Source: Candidatus Magasanikiibacteriota bacterium
Lineage (GTDB): Bacteria; Patescibacteriota; Patescibacteriia; Magasanikbacterales; 2-02-FULL-50-9b
NCBI GenBank assembly: GCA_903893485.1
Contig: CAITMK010000008.1
Span: 10,612-74,611 of the forward strand
DNA: 64,000 nucleotides
Direction: 5' to 3'
Position numbers and translations under genes: made by a program. Of this stretch, positions 8,741 through 18,434 are shown in pieces; position 1 is the first letter of the stretch; each line of letters starts with the position of its first letter. The notes below the pieces were generated by a model, which did not search any database, had not been told where the DNA came from, and worked only from the letters and a program-made list of their open reading frames with translations.

Positions 8741-10081
8741 CATGATCACGCGCTTGCGACGACCAGGAAAACTTGAGTTGCGACGTGGGCCATTTGAAGG
8801 GCCACCAGCTGAAGCTGGACCACCACCTCCGCCACCAAATTGGCGACGTGGCATAGCAGGGCGACCACCTGGGCGCTGCTGTGGAGGGCGATTTGAATTA
8901 CCAAATGCGCCATGTGGACGATTGCTACCGCCACCAAATCCACCAGTCACCGAAATATCTGGCACATGAGTAATTGGCAATGGCATGCGAATCAAGTTTT
9001 CGATTGCGCGCACATCAGAACGCTGATCTGGTGTTGCAAAAGAAACGGCACGACCCGTGTGACCCGCGCGGCCAGTACGGCCAATGCGATGCACGTAATC
9101 ATCAGATGAATCTGGTAAATCAAAGTTAATAACCATTTCAATTCCCTTTACATCAATACCACGCGCTGCAATATCGGTTGCAACCAAAACGCGATATTTA
9201 CCACGCTTAAAACCTTCGAGCGCTTCACGGCGCTGACCAAGTGAACGATCAGAGTGAATTTCCGCAGCAGAAATATTTTCGTTGCGAAGAGCCATGGCCA
9301 TTTTACGTGCACCATGTTTGGTACGTGAAAAAACTAACACCGCGCCAGTGGTATCAAGCAAAACTTTTCCAAGCAATTTCATTTTGTCATCTTTGTGCAC
9401 AAAAATAATTTCCTGAGAAACGCGATCTGCGGTTGTACCTGGCTGAACTACTTCAACGCGCACCGGAAGCTGCATGTAATTTGCCGCAAGCTTCATGATG
9501 TCTGGTGGCATGGTTGCCGAGAAAAGCATGGTTTGGCGTTCAGCAGCTGGTGGCATTGCCGCAAAAATTTTCTGAATTGCTGGCATGAAACCCATGTCAA
9601 ACATACGATCAGCTTCATCCAAAACAGCGATTGTTACTGTTTTTAAGCTGATGTTGCGCTGTTGCATGTGGTCCAAAAGACGACCCGGAGTTGCCACAAT
9701 TAAACGTGGGCTCTGGCGAAGACGCTGGGTCTGCATGTGCATTGAAGTGCCGCCCATAAGGACAACGCTGCGAATGCCACAACCGCGACCGATGCGTTCT
9801 GCAGTTTCTTCAACCTGGAGCGCAAGTTCACGAGTTGGTACCACCACAAGGGCAATACCGCGGTTTTGCTGCAAACGCTGCATAATTGGTACTACAAAAG
9901 CAAGGGTTTTACCCGTACCGGTTTGTGCAATACCGACCACGTCCTTACCAGTAATACCTGGTGGAATAGCCTGAAGCTGAATTGGCGTTGGGACAGTGAA
10001 CTGTGCCCGATTTAATGTATCTAAAATTGCTGGCGCGATGCCAAGACCGTCAAAAGACGGTTTTACTTCGTTAGGTGTCAT
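8738..10081 (-). CDS. DEAD-box ATP-dependent RNA helicase with Gly/Arg-rich C-terminal tail
   Basis: Q-motif TPIQ, Walker A GTGKT, DEAD, SAT, HRIGRTGR; start chosen at MTPNEV (track ORF starts at 10129). Confidence 0.9.
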   Translation of the reverse strand: MTPNEVKPSFDGLGIAPAILDTLNRAQFTVPTPIQLQAIPPGITGKDVVGIAQTGTGKTLAFVVPIMQRLQQNRGIALVVVPTRELALQVEETAERIGRGCGIRSVVLMGGTSMHMQTQRLRQSPRLIVATPGRLLDHMQQRNISLKTVTIAVLDEADRMFDMGFMPAIQKIFAAMPPAAERQTMLFSATMPPDIMKLAANYMQLPVRVEVVQPGTTADRVSQEIIFVHKDDKMKLLGKVLLDTTGAVLVFSRTKHGARKMAMALRNENISAAEIHSDRSLGQRREALEGFKRGKYRVLVATDIAARGIDVKGIEMVINFDLPDSSDDYVHRIGRTGRAGHTGRAVSFATPDQRSDVRAIENLIRMPLPITHVPDISVTGGFGGGSNRPHGAFGNSNRPPQQRPGGRPAMPRRQFGGGGGGPASAGGPSNGPRRNSSFPGRRKRVIM

Positions 10082-10236
10082 AGGTTTGTTAGTGACTCGC
10101 CTTTCACTCACGTCACTAAACCATGACAAAAAAGAGAACCGAGTCTGTGCGTGCTACGTGCCACGCATTTGTAAGATCAAAGGATACCACGGAAGGTGAA
10201 ATATGTCAATAGCTGTGGTATCATCTAGCCATCCCT

Positions 10237-11616
10237 ATGAAACCTGTCATTATTACTACAAAAGTTTTGATCGGCGTTGCCATTTTACTATGTGCGGCAC
10301 TGTTTCTAGTTAAAATTCCCCGACACCATTCTTTGATAAAACCACCTGTAAAATCGCCTGAAATCAACGTGATTTCAGCAACTTCAACTCCAGAAATCGC
10401 CATAAATGAATACTGGAATTACGCACAATTTCCCAATCGCCACATGTACATCAATAACACTGACAAAGATGTTGTATATGTATTGGATGACGCCGGGAAA
10501 AAAGTTGGCGAATTTTGGGCGAAAGATTTTGGATTTCCGGGATATTTTGAGGTTCGGCAATACAAAGATGCAGCCGGACCAATAGTAGTTCTCTCTTCGG
10601 CAACCGAAACACATGATGGCCTCATGCTTGCAATTGACCCAATTACACCAGCGGTTTTGTGGCACAAAAAAGTTTCTGGCAGTTTTGATATGCCGCAAGT
10701 TCGCGTGCTAAAAGACGGATCGATACTTTTAGAAAATTATGGCAAAGATCCGGGTGTCAACATTGCAAACATAAACATTCGCACCGGTATTTCAAAGTGG
10801 GAAATTTCTGATCCAAATTATTTTGGAATTTATTTTAATGATTACGAAATGCCACCAAATCAAATGCACGTGTTCTCGGGCGGCGTTGGTCAGGGTAACT
10901 GGCAATTTACCTATGTACTTGATACTGAGATTGGAAAAATTATTTCAGAATTTGCCTCGCTCTCAAGCCTATCTGACGGACATGCCAATGCTGATCCTAC
11001 AAAAGATTTGGTATGGCACCCAACAGAAAAGCGAATCGATTTTGTGGAGCGAAAAACTAATTCTGTTTATTGGTCAGCTACGAAAGGTAATGCTCTGTAC
11101 GATCTCTTATCAACAAACGGACCCGGGAACACACAAATATCCATCTTTCCAAATATAATCACCGCGATTCATCATGAGAATAATAAAACAACGCTGAACG
11201 TATTTTCTAATACATCAGTCAAATGGCTTTGGGCAAGAAATTTTGGGAGTGGCGGAAATGATTTAAGTTATATAGATTCTTACAAAAATTTTATTATTAC
11301 AACTGAGCAAAAACCCTCAAAATGCGCGAGCATCTGTGAGCAAAATATATGCCAAGGATTTATTTGTCTCGATGTTCCACCAAGCAATTCGTGTCTTGCG
11401 TGCCGAGCCGATGAAAAAAAAGAATTTGATCACTCAGATTATGGATATGTTGCCTATCGTCAAGACACGGGAGAAATTGTATGGAGTTACTTCACCATGC
11501 TGGACGCGGTAGACTTTGATTGGACAAATGGCATTGTGCGAATAAGCAAACAAGGTGTTGGCAATGAAGCAATGGCAAAAACACTCGACCTCAATACAGG
11601 AGCGCTCATCAAATAA
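10237..11616 (+). CDS. membrane-anchored hypothetical protein, possible beta-propeller (PQQ-like) repeats
   Basis: N-terminal TM helix; repeated WH/W-x-hydrophobic segments; no catalytic motif recognised. Confidence 0.45.
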   Translation: MKPVIITTKVLIGVAILLCAALFLVKIPRHHSLIKPPVKSPEINVISATSTPEIAINEYWNYAQFPNRHMYINNTDKDVVYVLDDAGKKVGEFWAKDFGFPGYFEVRQYKDAAGPIVVLSSATETHDGLMLAIDPITPAVLWHKKVSGSFDMPQVRVLKDGSILLENYGKDPGVNIANINIRTGISKWEISDPNYFGIYFNDYEMPPNQMHVFSGGVGQGNWQFTYVLDTEIGKIISEFASLSSLSDGHANADPTKDLVWHPTEKRIDFVERKTNSVYWSATKGNALYDLLSTNGPGNTQISIFPNIITAIHHENNKTTLNVFSNTSVKWLWARNFGSGGNDLSYIDSYKNFIITTEQKPSKCASICEQNICQGFICLDVPPSNSCLACRADEKKEFDHSDYGYVAYRQDTGEIVWSYFTMLDAVDFDWTNGIVRISKQGVGNEAMAKTLDLNTGALIK

Positions 11617-11633
11617 TCTGCTATAATGAACGC

Positions 11634-12266
11634 ATGAAAAAATTGGCAGCTGCTGTTTTTATTTTTATATTATTTGCTGGGGCAGCGCCAGCTGCTGCGG
11701 CGACTAAAATTTTACCCGTACCATTTACCACGCAAGCTCCACAAAATCAGTGGCGCGTGCAGCCTTTTCAAGACGCCTGCGAAGAAGCAAGTACCATAAT
11801 GGTTGAAGCATTTTATAACGGCACAAAATTAACGCCAGCAAATGTACAGACTAAAATTTTAGATTACGTTGCCTATGAAACCAAAAATTTTGGTTTCCAC
11901 AAAGATACAAACGCGAGCATGACCGAAAAAATGATCAACGAAAAATCTGGATTTTGGGCACATACCGTTGAAAATGCAACTCCCGAAATGATTGAAACGC
12001 AAATTGATGCAAACCATCCCGTAATTTTTCATGCATACACACCAGCGCTGCACAATCCACATTACAAACAGCCCATGAATCCTTATCATGTGTTTGTAAT
12101 TATTGGCTACGATACTGACCGCGGCGATTTCATAACAAACGATCCTGGCACCAACGCCGGAAAAAGTTATCGATACAAAATGACCACGCTCATGGATGCC
12201 AACCACGATTGGATGCAAAAAAATAATGGCACGGGCACGCACAAAGTTTTGTTTACCGAAGAATAA
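11634..12266 (+). CDS. secreted hypothetical protein, possible C39-like peptidase-fold domain
   Basis: signal peptide MKKLAAAVFIFILFAGAAPAAAA; FTTQAPQNQW...CEEAS resembles C39-like (YvpB-type) domains by memory. Confidence 0.4.
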   Translation: MKKLAAAVFIFILFAGAAPAAAATKILPVPFTTQAPQNQWRVQPFQDACEEASTIMVEAFYNGTKLTPANVQTKILDYVAYETKNFGFHKDTNASMTEKMINEKSGFWAHTVENATPEMIETQIDANHPVIFHAYTPALHNPHYKQPMNPYHVFVIIGYDTDRGDFITNDPGTNAGKSYRYKMTTLMDANHDWMQKNNGTGTHKVLFTEE

Positions 12267-12342
12267 AAAAATACCCCTTCTGACTGTCTGTCAAAATTGC
12301 CATTAAAGGCAGGGGGTACTGATAGCCGACCCGATTCGTCAG

Positions 12343-12486
12343 CTAGCGCGACGTAGTAGCTTCTACCGGCACGTGAACGGCCTGAGGCTTCCACGGCTTG
12401 CAGTAGAGAAACGATGCCAGCACAAACACCGCAAGGATAAGGTTGCCGACAGGAACTCGATTTGTAACACCACCATGAGCTCGCAT
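12343..12486 (-). CDS. small hydrophobic peptide (47 aa) with strong SD in a GC-richer mini-region
   Basis: GGAGG 5 nt before ATG (minus 12486); MRAHGGVTNRVPVGNLILAVFVLASFLYCKPWKPQAVHVPVEATTSR; flanked by terminator hairpins at 12270..12330 and 12550..12590. Confidence 0.35.
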   Translation of the reverse strand: MRAHGGVTNRVPVGNLILAVFVLASFLYCKPWKPQAVHVPVEATTSR

Positions 12487-12549
12487 GAGATCCTCCAGAG
12501 AAACGACGTTTGGGATTAAGTTCTTGTCGCAGCATAGCAACAAAAAACC

Positions 12550-12590
12550 TTTCCTCTTGATACTAAGGAAAGGCTATCACTTTTTCGTGA
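12550..12590 (-). terminator. intrinsic terminator of ABC exporter operon
   Basis: CCTTTCCTTagtatcaagAGGAAAGG followed by TTTTTTGTTG on minus strand. Confidence 0.6.
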
Positions 12591-12601
12591 TTTTGTCAAC
12601 C

Positions 12602-14356
12602 CTAGCTCGTCTTCTTCCCGCTCATCAGCATCTCCACCGCATGCTCCATGGAACCTGCCAATGTAATCGTACCGCCGTTCACAAAAAATATTTCGTCTGC
12701 ATTCGCAATCGTGTTTAAACGATGCGCAATTACCACACGCGTTGTTGCCACTGGCAATGCCTGCAAAACTTCTTGCAATAAACTTTCAGTCACCGTATCA
12801 ATGTTCGCAGTTGCTTCATCTAAAATTAAAATGTCCGGGGCACGCAACACCGCACGCATAAATGCAATGAGCTGCTTTTGACCCAAACTCATGCTGTCGC
12901 CAATACCAGAAACTTTAGTTTCCAAACCTTCATCAAATCGTTCGAGTAAATGATCAAGACTTAATTTTTTTAATTCAGCCGCAATACTTTCTTCTGATGC
13001 GCCAACAAAATTCTCGTTACCGTATAAAATATTTTGTTGCACCGTGCCGGTAAACAAAAACGGTTCTTGTAAAATAAAACCAATTTTTTGCGCGCGTTCT
13101 TCTGGCGTGTAGCTGCGAATATCGCGGCCATGCAAATACACCACGCCTTCGATCGGATCAAACAAACGCGCCATGAGCGAAGCGGTTGTTGTTTTACCGC
13201 CGCCCGTTGGCCCCACCAGCGCATAGGTTTTTCCCCGCTGTAAATCAAAATTAACATCTTGCAAAACCGCTGCACCGGTTGGATATGCAAAATGCACATG
13301 ATCAAATTTCAAAACCGATGTTCCATTTACAGCAACATCCGCCACCATAACTGGTAAATCATTTTCCATTTCCAAAATCGCGCCAATACGATCCCAGCCA
13401 GCAAGCGCAACCTGAAAGTTACTCCACAATGCCGCAATTTGACGCAGCGGATTATAGAAACTTACGGCATACGCAAAAAAACTAACAAGCAAACCAACTG
13501 TAAATGCACCGGTACTAATTAAATAAATACCATACACCAAAATTACCAGCTGCGCGAGATTAGAACACAGACCAAATACCGGCGTAAAAATATTATTCGC
13601 GACACCGGCACCAATTGCTGTTTTATAATTTTCTTCGTTCACCGTTTCAAACCGCGTTTTAAAATAATCACGGCGATTAAACGCCAGGATCACTTTAAAA
13701 TTACCAATACTTTCCTGGACTTCGGCGCTCATGAGCCCCAGCGTGGTTAAATTTTCAGAATTTTTTTGTTTCACCCATGGCGAAATTGCACGCGTAAAAA
13801 TAATAAGCACCGCCGCAGGCACCAATGTGGCCACACCAAGCAACGGATTAAGCCATACCAAAAATATACCCGCGCCAATCATGATAAATACACTCCCAAT
13901 AAATTGCATCAGCGTTTGCGCAAAAAATTGATTCAGCGTGTCAGTATCATTATTAATACGCGAAATTAAATCGCCCGCTTTATTTTGATTAAAAAACGCA
14001 ACCGGCAATTCCTGCAATTTTGCAAAAATCGCATTGCGCAAATTAAATAACGTTTCACGACCAACCGTACCCATGAGCCGTGTTTGTAAAAATCCCGCAA
14101 GATATGCACCCAAATAAATCACAAGCAAAATCCCCGACGACACAAACACCGCATGATAATTTTTTCCAACTACCGCACTATCGATGGCGCGCCCCAAAAG
14201 CAGCGGCGCAATCAAGTTCAATGATGAGTTAATAATAATCGCAATGGCACCAAGTCCAAGATTATGTTTTTCTGGCTGCACGAACGGCCAAATTTTTTTG
14301 ACCGCGCCCCACATGCTTAGTTTTGTTTTTGCGGATTCGTTAAGCGCGTAATTCAT
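12602..14356 (-). CDS. ABC transporter, fused permease/ATP-binding subunit (heterodimeric exporter half)
   Basis: six N-terminal TM helices; Walker A GPTGGGKTT, signature LSLGQKQ, Walker B ILILDEATA. Confidence 0.9.
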   Translation of the reverse strand: MNYALNESAKTKLSMWGAVKKIWPFVQPEKHNLGLGAIAIIINSSLNLIAPLLLGRAIDSAVVGKNYHAVFVSSGILLVIYLGAYLAGFLQTRLMGTVGRETLFNLRNAIFAKLQELPVAFFNQNKAGDLISRINNDTDTLNQFFAQTLMQFIGSVFIMIGAGIFLVWLNPLLGVATLVPAAVLIIFTRAISPWVKQKNSENLTTLGLMSAEVQESIGNFKVILAFNRRDYFKTRFETVNEENYKTAIGAGVANNIFTPVFGLCSNLAQLVILVYGIYLISTGAFTVGLLVSFFAYAVSFYNPLRQIAALWSNFQVALAGWDRIGAILEMENDLPVMVADVAVNGTSVLKFDHVHFAYPTGAAVLQDVNFDLQRGKTYALVGPTGGGKTTTASLMARLFDPIEGVVYLHGRDIRSYTPEERAQKIGFILQEPFLFTGTVQQNILYGNENFVGASEESIAAELKKLSLDHLLERFDEGLETKVSGIGDSMSLGQKQLIAFMRAVLRAPDILILDEATANIDTVTESLLQEVLQALPVATTRVVIAHRLNTIANADEIFFVNGGTITLAGSMEHAVEMLMSGKKTS

Positions 14357-16088
14357 ATTGATTGGTACTTTGCTGTGAATTAAAAATTTGTACGTATTCC
14401 GGAGATGTCTTCAATAACTCTGCGTGCGTGCCAATTGCCAAAACTTCGCCTTCCATTAATACAATAATCTGATCGAAATCTTCTACCGGGCCAATTTTTT
14501 GCGTTACCGAAATCAACGTAAGACCGCGATATTCATCGGCCAAGTGCGCCAAAATTTTACGCTCAGTGGAACTATCAACGCGCGCCGTAAAATCATCCAA
14601 AATTAAAATTTTTGGATCAAGTGCAAGTGCGCGCGCCAACATAATACGTTGTTTTTGCCCACCGGATAAACTAGTACCGCGTTCAGAGACCACAGTCTCT
14701 AATCCATTCGGCAACGCATGTACAAAATCAACTAACTCAGCCGCATCAATTGCACGCTCCAAATTTTTTGGCGTTACCACTTCGCTAAATGCAATATTTT
14801 CGCGCACACTCATATTAAAAAGTGCGCTGTCTTGGAACACCGACGCAATACTTTCATGTAATGTATCCGCACTGTACGCCGCAAGCGGCTGACCATCATA
14901 TAAAATAGTACCACTATCAGGAATAATTAATCCGGTAAGCAAATACAGCAATTGCGTTTTGCCTGCAGCAGTTGGCCCAATAATCGCAGTGCGCGTACCA
15001 GCTTTAATACTAAAACTTGCATCTTTTAAAACCGACTTTTCGCCATATGCCAGATTCACATTTTTAACTTCGATAGCACCCGACAACGGCCCCGCTGCAA
15101 AACCACTTGCGGGCGATTCCGGTGCATCGATCACTTCCATAATACGTTCATATGATGCACTTGCCTGCGCAATTACATTACTCATAAATCCAAGAACCAA
15201 AATTGGAAAAATAAGCATCGCAATGTAACTATTAAACGCCGCGATCTGCCCAATGGTCATGCTTCCCTGAATGACAAAGTGTCCACCAAGTGCCAAAATA
15301 GTAAGCGTTCCCAAGCTCGAGATAAACGTAATCGTCGGAATCATCATCGCAAACAATTTAAGCACCTGCATGCCAATTCTTTTTGATTCAGTATTTGCTG
15401 CCGAAAACTTTTTTGCTTCTAAATGTTGCGAATGAATCACGCGAATGAGCGCGGCGCCCAAAATACTTTCGTTAATAACTTTGTTAAGCCAATCAAGCGC
15501 CTCACGCCCTTGAATAAATAATTTGCGCACACGACTAAATACTACAAAAAACGTACCTCCAATAAGTGGAATGATAATCAACACCACGCACGCAAGCCGC
15601 CAATTGGTAATAAGCAACAAAATACTTGCGCCAACAATTAATACAAGTGATGACACAATCGAAACCACGGCTTGTGAAATATATAATTTAATTGAATCAA
15701 CGTCAGCAGTAATATTGGTCAGCAATTTTGCCGAACTTGCACGCTGAATAAATAAATAACTTTGACGAGAAATTTTTGCGGTTACTTGATTGCGCAAATC
15801 ACGCGCTGCTCGTTCTGAAACATACACCTGCGCAATACTTTGCAGCGTCGCAAAAATAAAAACCGCCACCGAAACACTGACAAAAATAATAACTGTGTTG
15901 TACATTTGAAACGTACCCGCCCCATACGCATCAATTGCACGCGCAATTAATTTTGGCAGTGCCAAGTTAATCGCATTTGCAAAAAATGCCAACACAACTA
16001 ACAAAATAATCTGTTTTTTGTAGGGCTTCAGCAACGCGCCCAAATTTGGTTTCGATTTTGGTTTATTCATACAATCTTTTGTCTTCAT
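14340..16088 (-). CDS. ABC transporter, fused permease/ATP-binding subunit (partner half)
   Basis: TM domain + GPTAAGKTQ, LSGGQKQR, ILILDD; 17-nt overlap with downstream partner. Confidence 0.9.
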   Translation of the reverse strand: MKTKDCMNKPKSKPNLGALLKPYKKQIILLVVLAFFANAINLALPKLIARAIDAYGAGTFQMYNTVIIFVSVSVAVFIFATLQSIAQVYVSERAARDLRNQVTAKISRQSYLFIQRASSAKLLTNITADVDSIKLYISQAVVSIVSSLVLIVGASILLLITNWRLACVVLIIIPLIGGTFFVVFSRVRKLFIQGREALDWLNKVINESILGAALIRVIHSQHLEAKKFSAANTESKRIGMQVLKLFAMMIPTITFISSLGTLTILALGGHFVIQGSMTIGQIAAFNSYIAMLIFPILVLGFMSNVIAQASASYERIMEVIDAPESPASGFAAGPLSGAIEVKNVNLAYGEKSVLKDASFSIKAGTRTAIIGPTAAGKTQLLYLLTGLIIPDSGTILYDGQPLAAYSADTLHESIASVFQDSALFNMSVRENIAFSEVVTPKNLERAIDAAELVDFVHALPNGLETVVSERGTSLSGGQKQRIMLARALALDPKILILDDFTARVDSSTERKILAHLADEYRGLTLISVTQKIGPVEDFDQIIVLMEGEVLAIGTHAELLKTSPEYVQIFNSQQSTNQYELRA

Positions 16089-16109
16089 ACGATAGGTTAA
16101 AATAGGCTT

Positions 16110-16160
16110 TTTGTCAATAAAAAAGCGGTACTCATTTCTGGTTCCAGAAACTTTCCCGCT
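16110..16160 (-). terminator. intrinsic terminator after FGase-like gene
   Basis: minus: GCGGGAAAGTTTCTGGAACCAGAAATGAGTACCGCTTTTTTATTG. Confidence 0.5.
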
Positions 16161-16166
16161 TGCACG

Positions 16167-16895
16167 TTACCTCCGATATTGTTGCTCCAAAAACGCCGCA
16201 AGATCCGCCGACAAGCGCGTACCAATCACCGCTGCATCACGCACCCGAAACCGCCGTGCGATTTCAACTTGAATCGCGTTCACGCCAAGTTCACGCGCCA
16301 CGGTGCGCACCGTAAAATTCCCATTCAACCAATCATCTTGTGCTGTTTGCGCCTGTGTTTTGGGCAAAAACACAGAGTAGCCACGCTGCCGAAAAAATTC
16401 TGCAAACGCTTCATCCGGCGCGCCGTGCAAAATCGTTTCACGATTCCCCGTGCCCAGAATCAAATCATATCCATCCCGCGGCGCATACGGCGGCTGATTC
16501 GAAAACCCGTGCACATCAAGCAAAAGCAGTTCCTCCTGCGCCGAGTGACGGAGCATTTGCTGCAAATGCACATAGATTGCACCATGATATTTTTGATACA
16601 ACGCCTCAAACTGGGGCAGCTCAAACGCATCTTCCGGCGCGCGATTGTAATCCAGAAACCTGCGCGACATGAGCCCACGCACCACATTCACCGGATACGT
16701 ACCAATCGCATCGCGCACAATCGGCCACACCGCTCTATCGTGCAAAACAGTTCCGTTAATGCGACGCGGCACAAACGGCTCAAGCTCCAAACCGTGCACA
16801 CCATCGTGCGGCACCGTGATGAGCACCCGCGACGGCGACCGCGCCGCCAGCGTTTGCACATAATTATCAACGCCCACTGCAAAATCCTTACACAT
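16167..16895 (-). CDS. N-formylglutamate amidohydrolase-family (FGase-like) zinc hydrolase, GC-rich
   Basis: VPHDGVHG and LDVHGFS metal-ligand-like motifs; GGAGGT 4 nt before ATG at 16895 (track ORF extends to 16997); antisense ORF 16179..17084 open because of GC. Confidence 0.55.
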   Translation of the reverse strand: MCKDFAVGVDNYVQTLAARSPSRVLITVPHDGVHGLELEPFVPRRINGTVLHDRAVWPIVRDAIGTYPVNVVRGLMSRRFLDYNRAPEDAFELPQFEALYQKYHGAIYVHLQQMLRHSAQEELLLLDVHGFSNQPPYAPRDGYDLILGTGNRETILHGAPDEAFAEFFRQRGYSVFLPKTQAQTAQDDWLNGNFTVRTVARELGVNAIQVEIARRFRVRDAAVIGTRLSADLAAFLEQQYRR

Positions 16896-16934
16896 GCTAA
16901 CCTCCGAAAAGTTGAGAAACAAAAAACGCCCCGC

Positions 16935-16985
16935 AGGGCGCTGAATATCAAAAGCCCTGCGCGTTATTTCGCGCCGGCGTGTGCA
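16935..16985 (-). terminator. terminator-like hairpin in 5' leader of FGase-like gene (possible attenuator)
   Basis: minus: GCGCAGGGCttttgatattcaGCGCCCTGCGGGGCGTTTTTTG located between candidate promoter (17034..17062) and RBS. Confidence 0.4.
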
Positions 16986-17033
16986 AATCCTGACCAAGTT
17001 TTAAAAGTTGCGGTCATTAACATAATTAATGAC

Positions 17034-17062
17034 AGAATAATCTTAAATTGTTCAGCTGTCAA
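17034..17062 (-). promoter_or_regulatory. candidate promoter TTGACA-N17-TATTCT
   Basis: revcomp TGTCAA 17057..17062 and AGAATA 17034..17039 with 17-nt spacer. Confidence 0.35.
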
Positions 17063-17155
17063 ATCATGTTCTATTTGGATATAAATTTAATGCTAAATTA
17101 AATTTTAATTAATTAAATAAAAACGCGCCCCCGACCGTTACAATCGAGGACGACT

Positions 17156-17686
17156 TTACACTGCGCGCGGCCACTCGCCAAATTGCACCCACACCTTTTC
17201 GGCATCCAGCGGTGGTGGGTAATAAAAGCGGCTGCTCAAAGAAATTGTACGCGCAAAACCTTCGTTCACCAGAACCGGCAGCGTGATGTCATCACCAAAC
17301 CGCGGCTCTCGGCTGATGTGACCGATAAGTCGCACGCCGCGCATGGTCTGCACCACAGACTCCAGAAGTGCGGCTTGGATCCCACGACCTGCATACCCAG
17401 ACGCGATCGGCGACCAAACGAGGTGATGTATCGCGGATTGATCTTCGATACGAAAGTACCCGCGCACTATGCCAAATTCAAAAGCATCCATGTTGCGCTC
17501 AAGCAGCGAAAACTTCAAAACAGCGCAGGCTGCGACAAGCACACCGCCCGCATCATGGACCGCATACACTTGCGCATGCGAATTCTGAAAATCGTTGTGA
17601 GGAAAGCCGATGCACAGCTCCGCACACGCATTCCTACCAGCCCACGCACCAACGCGTGAAATCGTAAAACCTTGTGGCATCGCCAT
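17156..17686 (-). CDS. GNAT-family N-acetyltransferase, GC-rich
   Basis: acetyl-CoA binding-type motif VWSPIASGYAGRGIQAALLESVV; GGAGG 5 nt before ATG. Confidence 0.7.
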   Translation of the reverse strand: MAMPQGFTISRVGAWAGRNACAELCIGFPHNDFQNSHAQVYAVHDAGGVLVAACAVLKFSLLERNMDAFEFGIVRGYFRIEDQSAIHHLVWSPIASGYAGRGIQAALLESVVQTMRGVRLIGHISREPRFGDDITLPVLVNEGFARTISLSSRFYYPPPLDAEKVWVQFGEWPRAV

Positions 17687-17785
17687 GTCATCCTCCGTTG
17701 TATCGAACCAATTGGTACGATGCCCTCATAATGCCGTGTTATAAGGGCTCTGTCAACCTATCCACAATTTATAAACACCCAAGGC

Positions 17786-17833
17786 TTGACGATAGAACAA
17801 ACGTTCTCTATAGTAGCTATAGAACATTCGTTC
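17786..17833 (+). promoter_or_regulatory. lexA promoter (TTGACG-N17-TATAGT) with two Cheo-type LexA boxes
   Basis: GAACAAACGTTC 17795..17806 and GAACATTCGTTC 17822..17833 (GAAC-N4-GTTC); -35 17786..17791, -10 17809..17814. Confidence 0.7.
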
Positions 17834-17851
17834 TCTTTTCAAACCCGACCT

Positions 17852-18433
17852 ATGTCAGAAACTTTATTCGATGACCGCAAAAAGTCCCTTATTCAATATT
17901 ACCGCAAACATCATCGTCTCCCCACATACGATGAATTGGTAAACTTATTCGGTGTAGAATCAAAGGGATCTGTACATAAATACGTAGAAAAATTTGTCGA
18001 AGAGGGTTTAGTCGGCAAATCAGAAGGTGGCAAGCTCATCCCAACTACTAAGCTTTACGGTATACGTGTGCTCGGTACGGTTCAAGCGGGTTTCCCTTCT
18101 GCAGCTGAAGAAGAATTAGTTGATACACTAAGTTTAGATCAATTTTTAATTCACCGCCCCGACGCCAGCTATATGCTTACCGTATCTGGTGAATCCATGA
18201 TCGACGCCGGCATCATGCCAGGTGACATGGTAATTGTTGAACGTGGCCGCACGGTGCGCCCTGGTGATATTGTAGTTGCCGAAGTCGACCACGAATGGAC
18301 CATGAAATATTATTTGCGTCGTGGCGACGAAGTTATTTTGCGGCCCGCAAATAAAAAATTTACTGACATTCGCCCACGCGCAGAATTAAATATTGCAGGT
18401 GTTGTCACCAGCGTCATCCGCAAATACAAATAA
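17852..18433 (+). CDS. lexA: LexA repressor (S24 peptidase)
   Basis: N-terminal wHTH; Ser/Lys dyad context GESMIDAGI...RPANKKF; autoregulatory SOS boxes upstream. Confidence 0.9.
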   Translation: MSETLFDDRKKSLIQYYRKHHRLPTYDELVNLFGVESKGSVHKYVEKFVEEGLVGKSEGGKLIPTTKLYGIRVLGTVQAGFPSAAEEELVDTLSLDQFLIHRPDASYMLTVSGESMIDAGIMPGDMVIVERGRTVRPGDIVVAEVDHEWTMKYYLRRGDEVILRPANKKFTDIRPRAELNIAGVVTSVIRKYK

Positions 18434-18434
18434 T

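Noticed and set aside
12167-12543. Longer ORFs of 122 aa and 66 aa over the small-peptide locus
   Set aside because: Only the 47-aa frame starting at 12486 has a proper GGAGG-spaced start. The longer extensions lack start context.
16179-17084. 301-aa plus-strand ORF antisense to the FGase-like gene, and the smaller ORFs at 16340..16672 and 16460..16951
   Set aside because: Arg/His-rich composition with no start context. GC-driven open frames.
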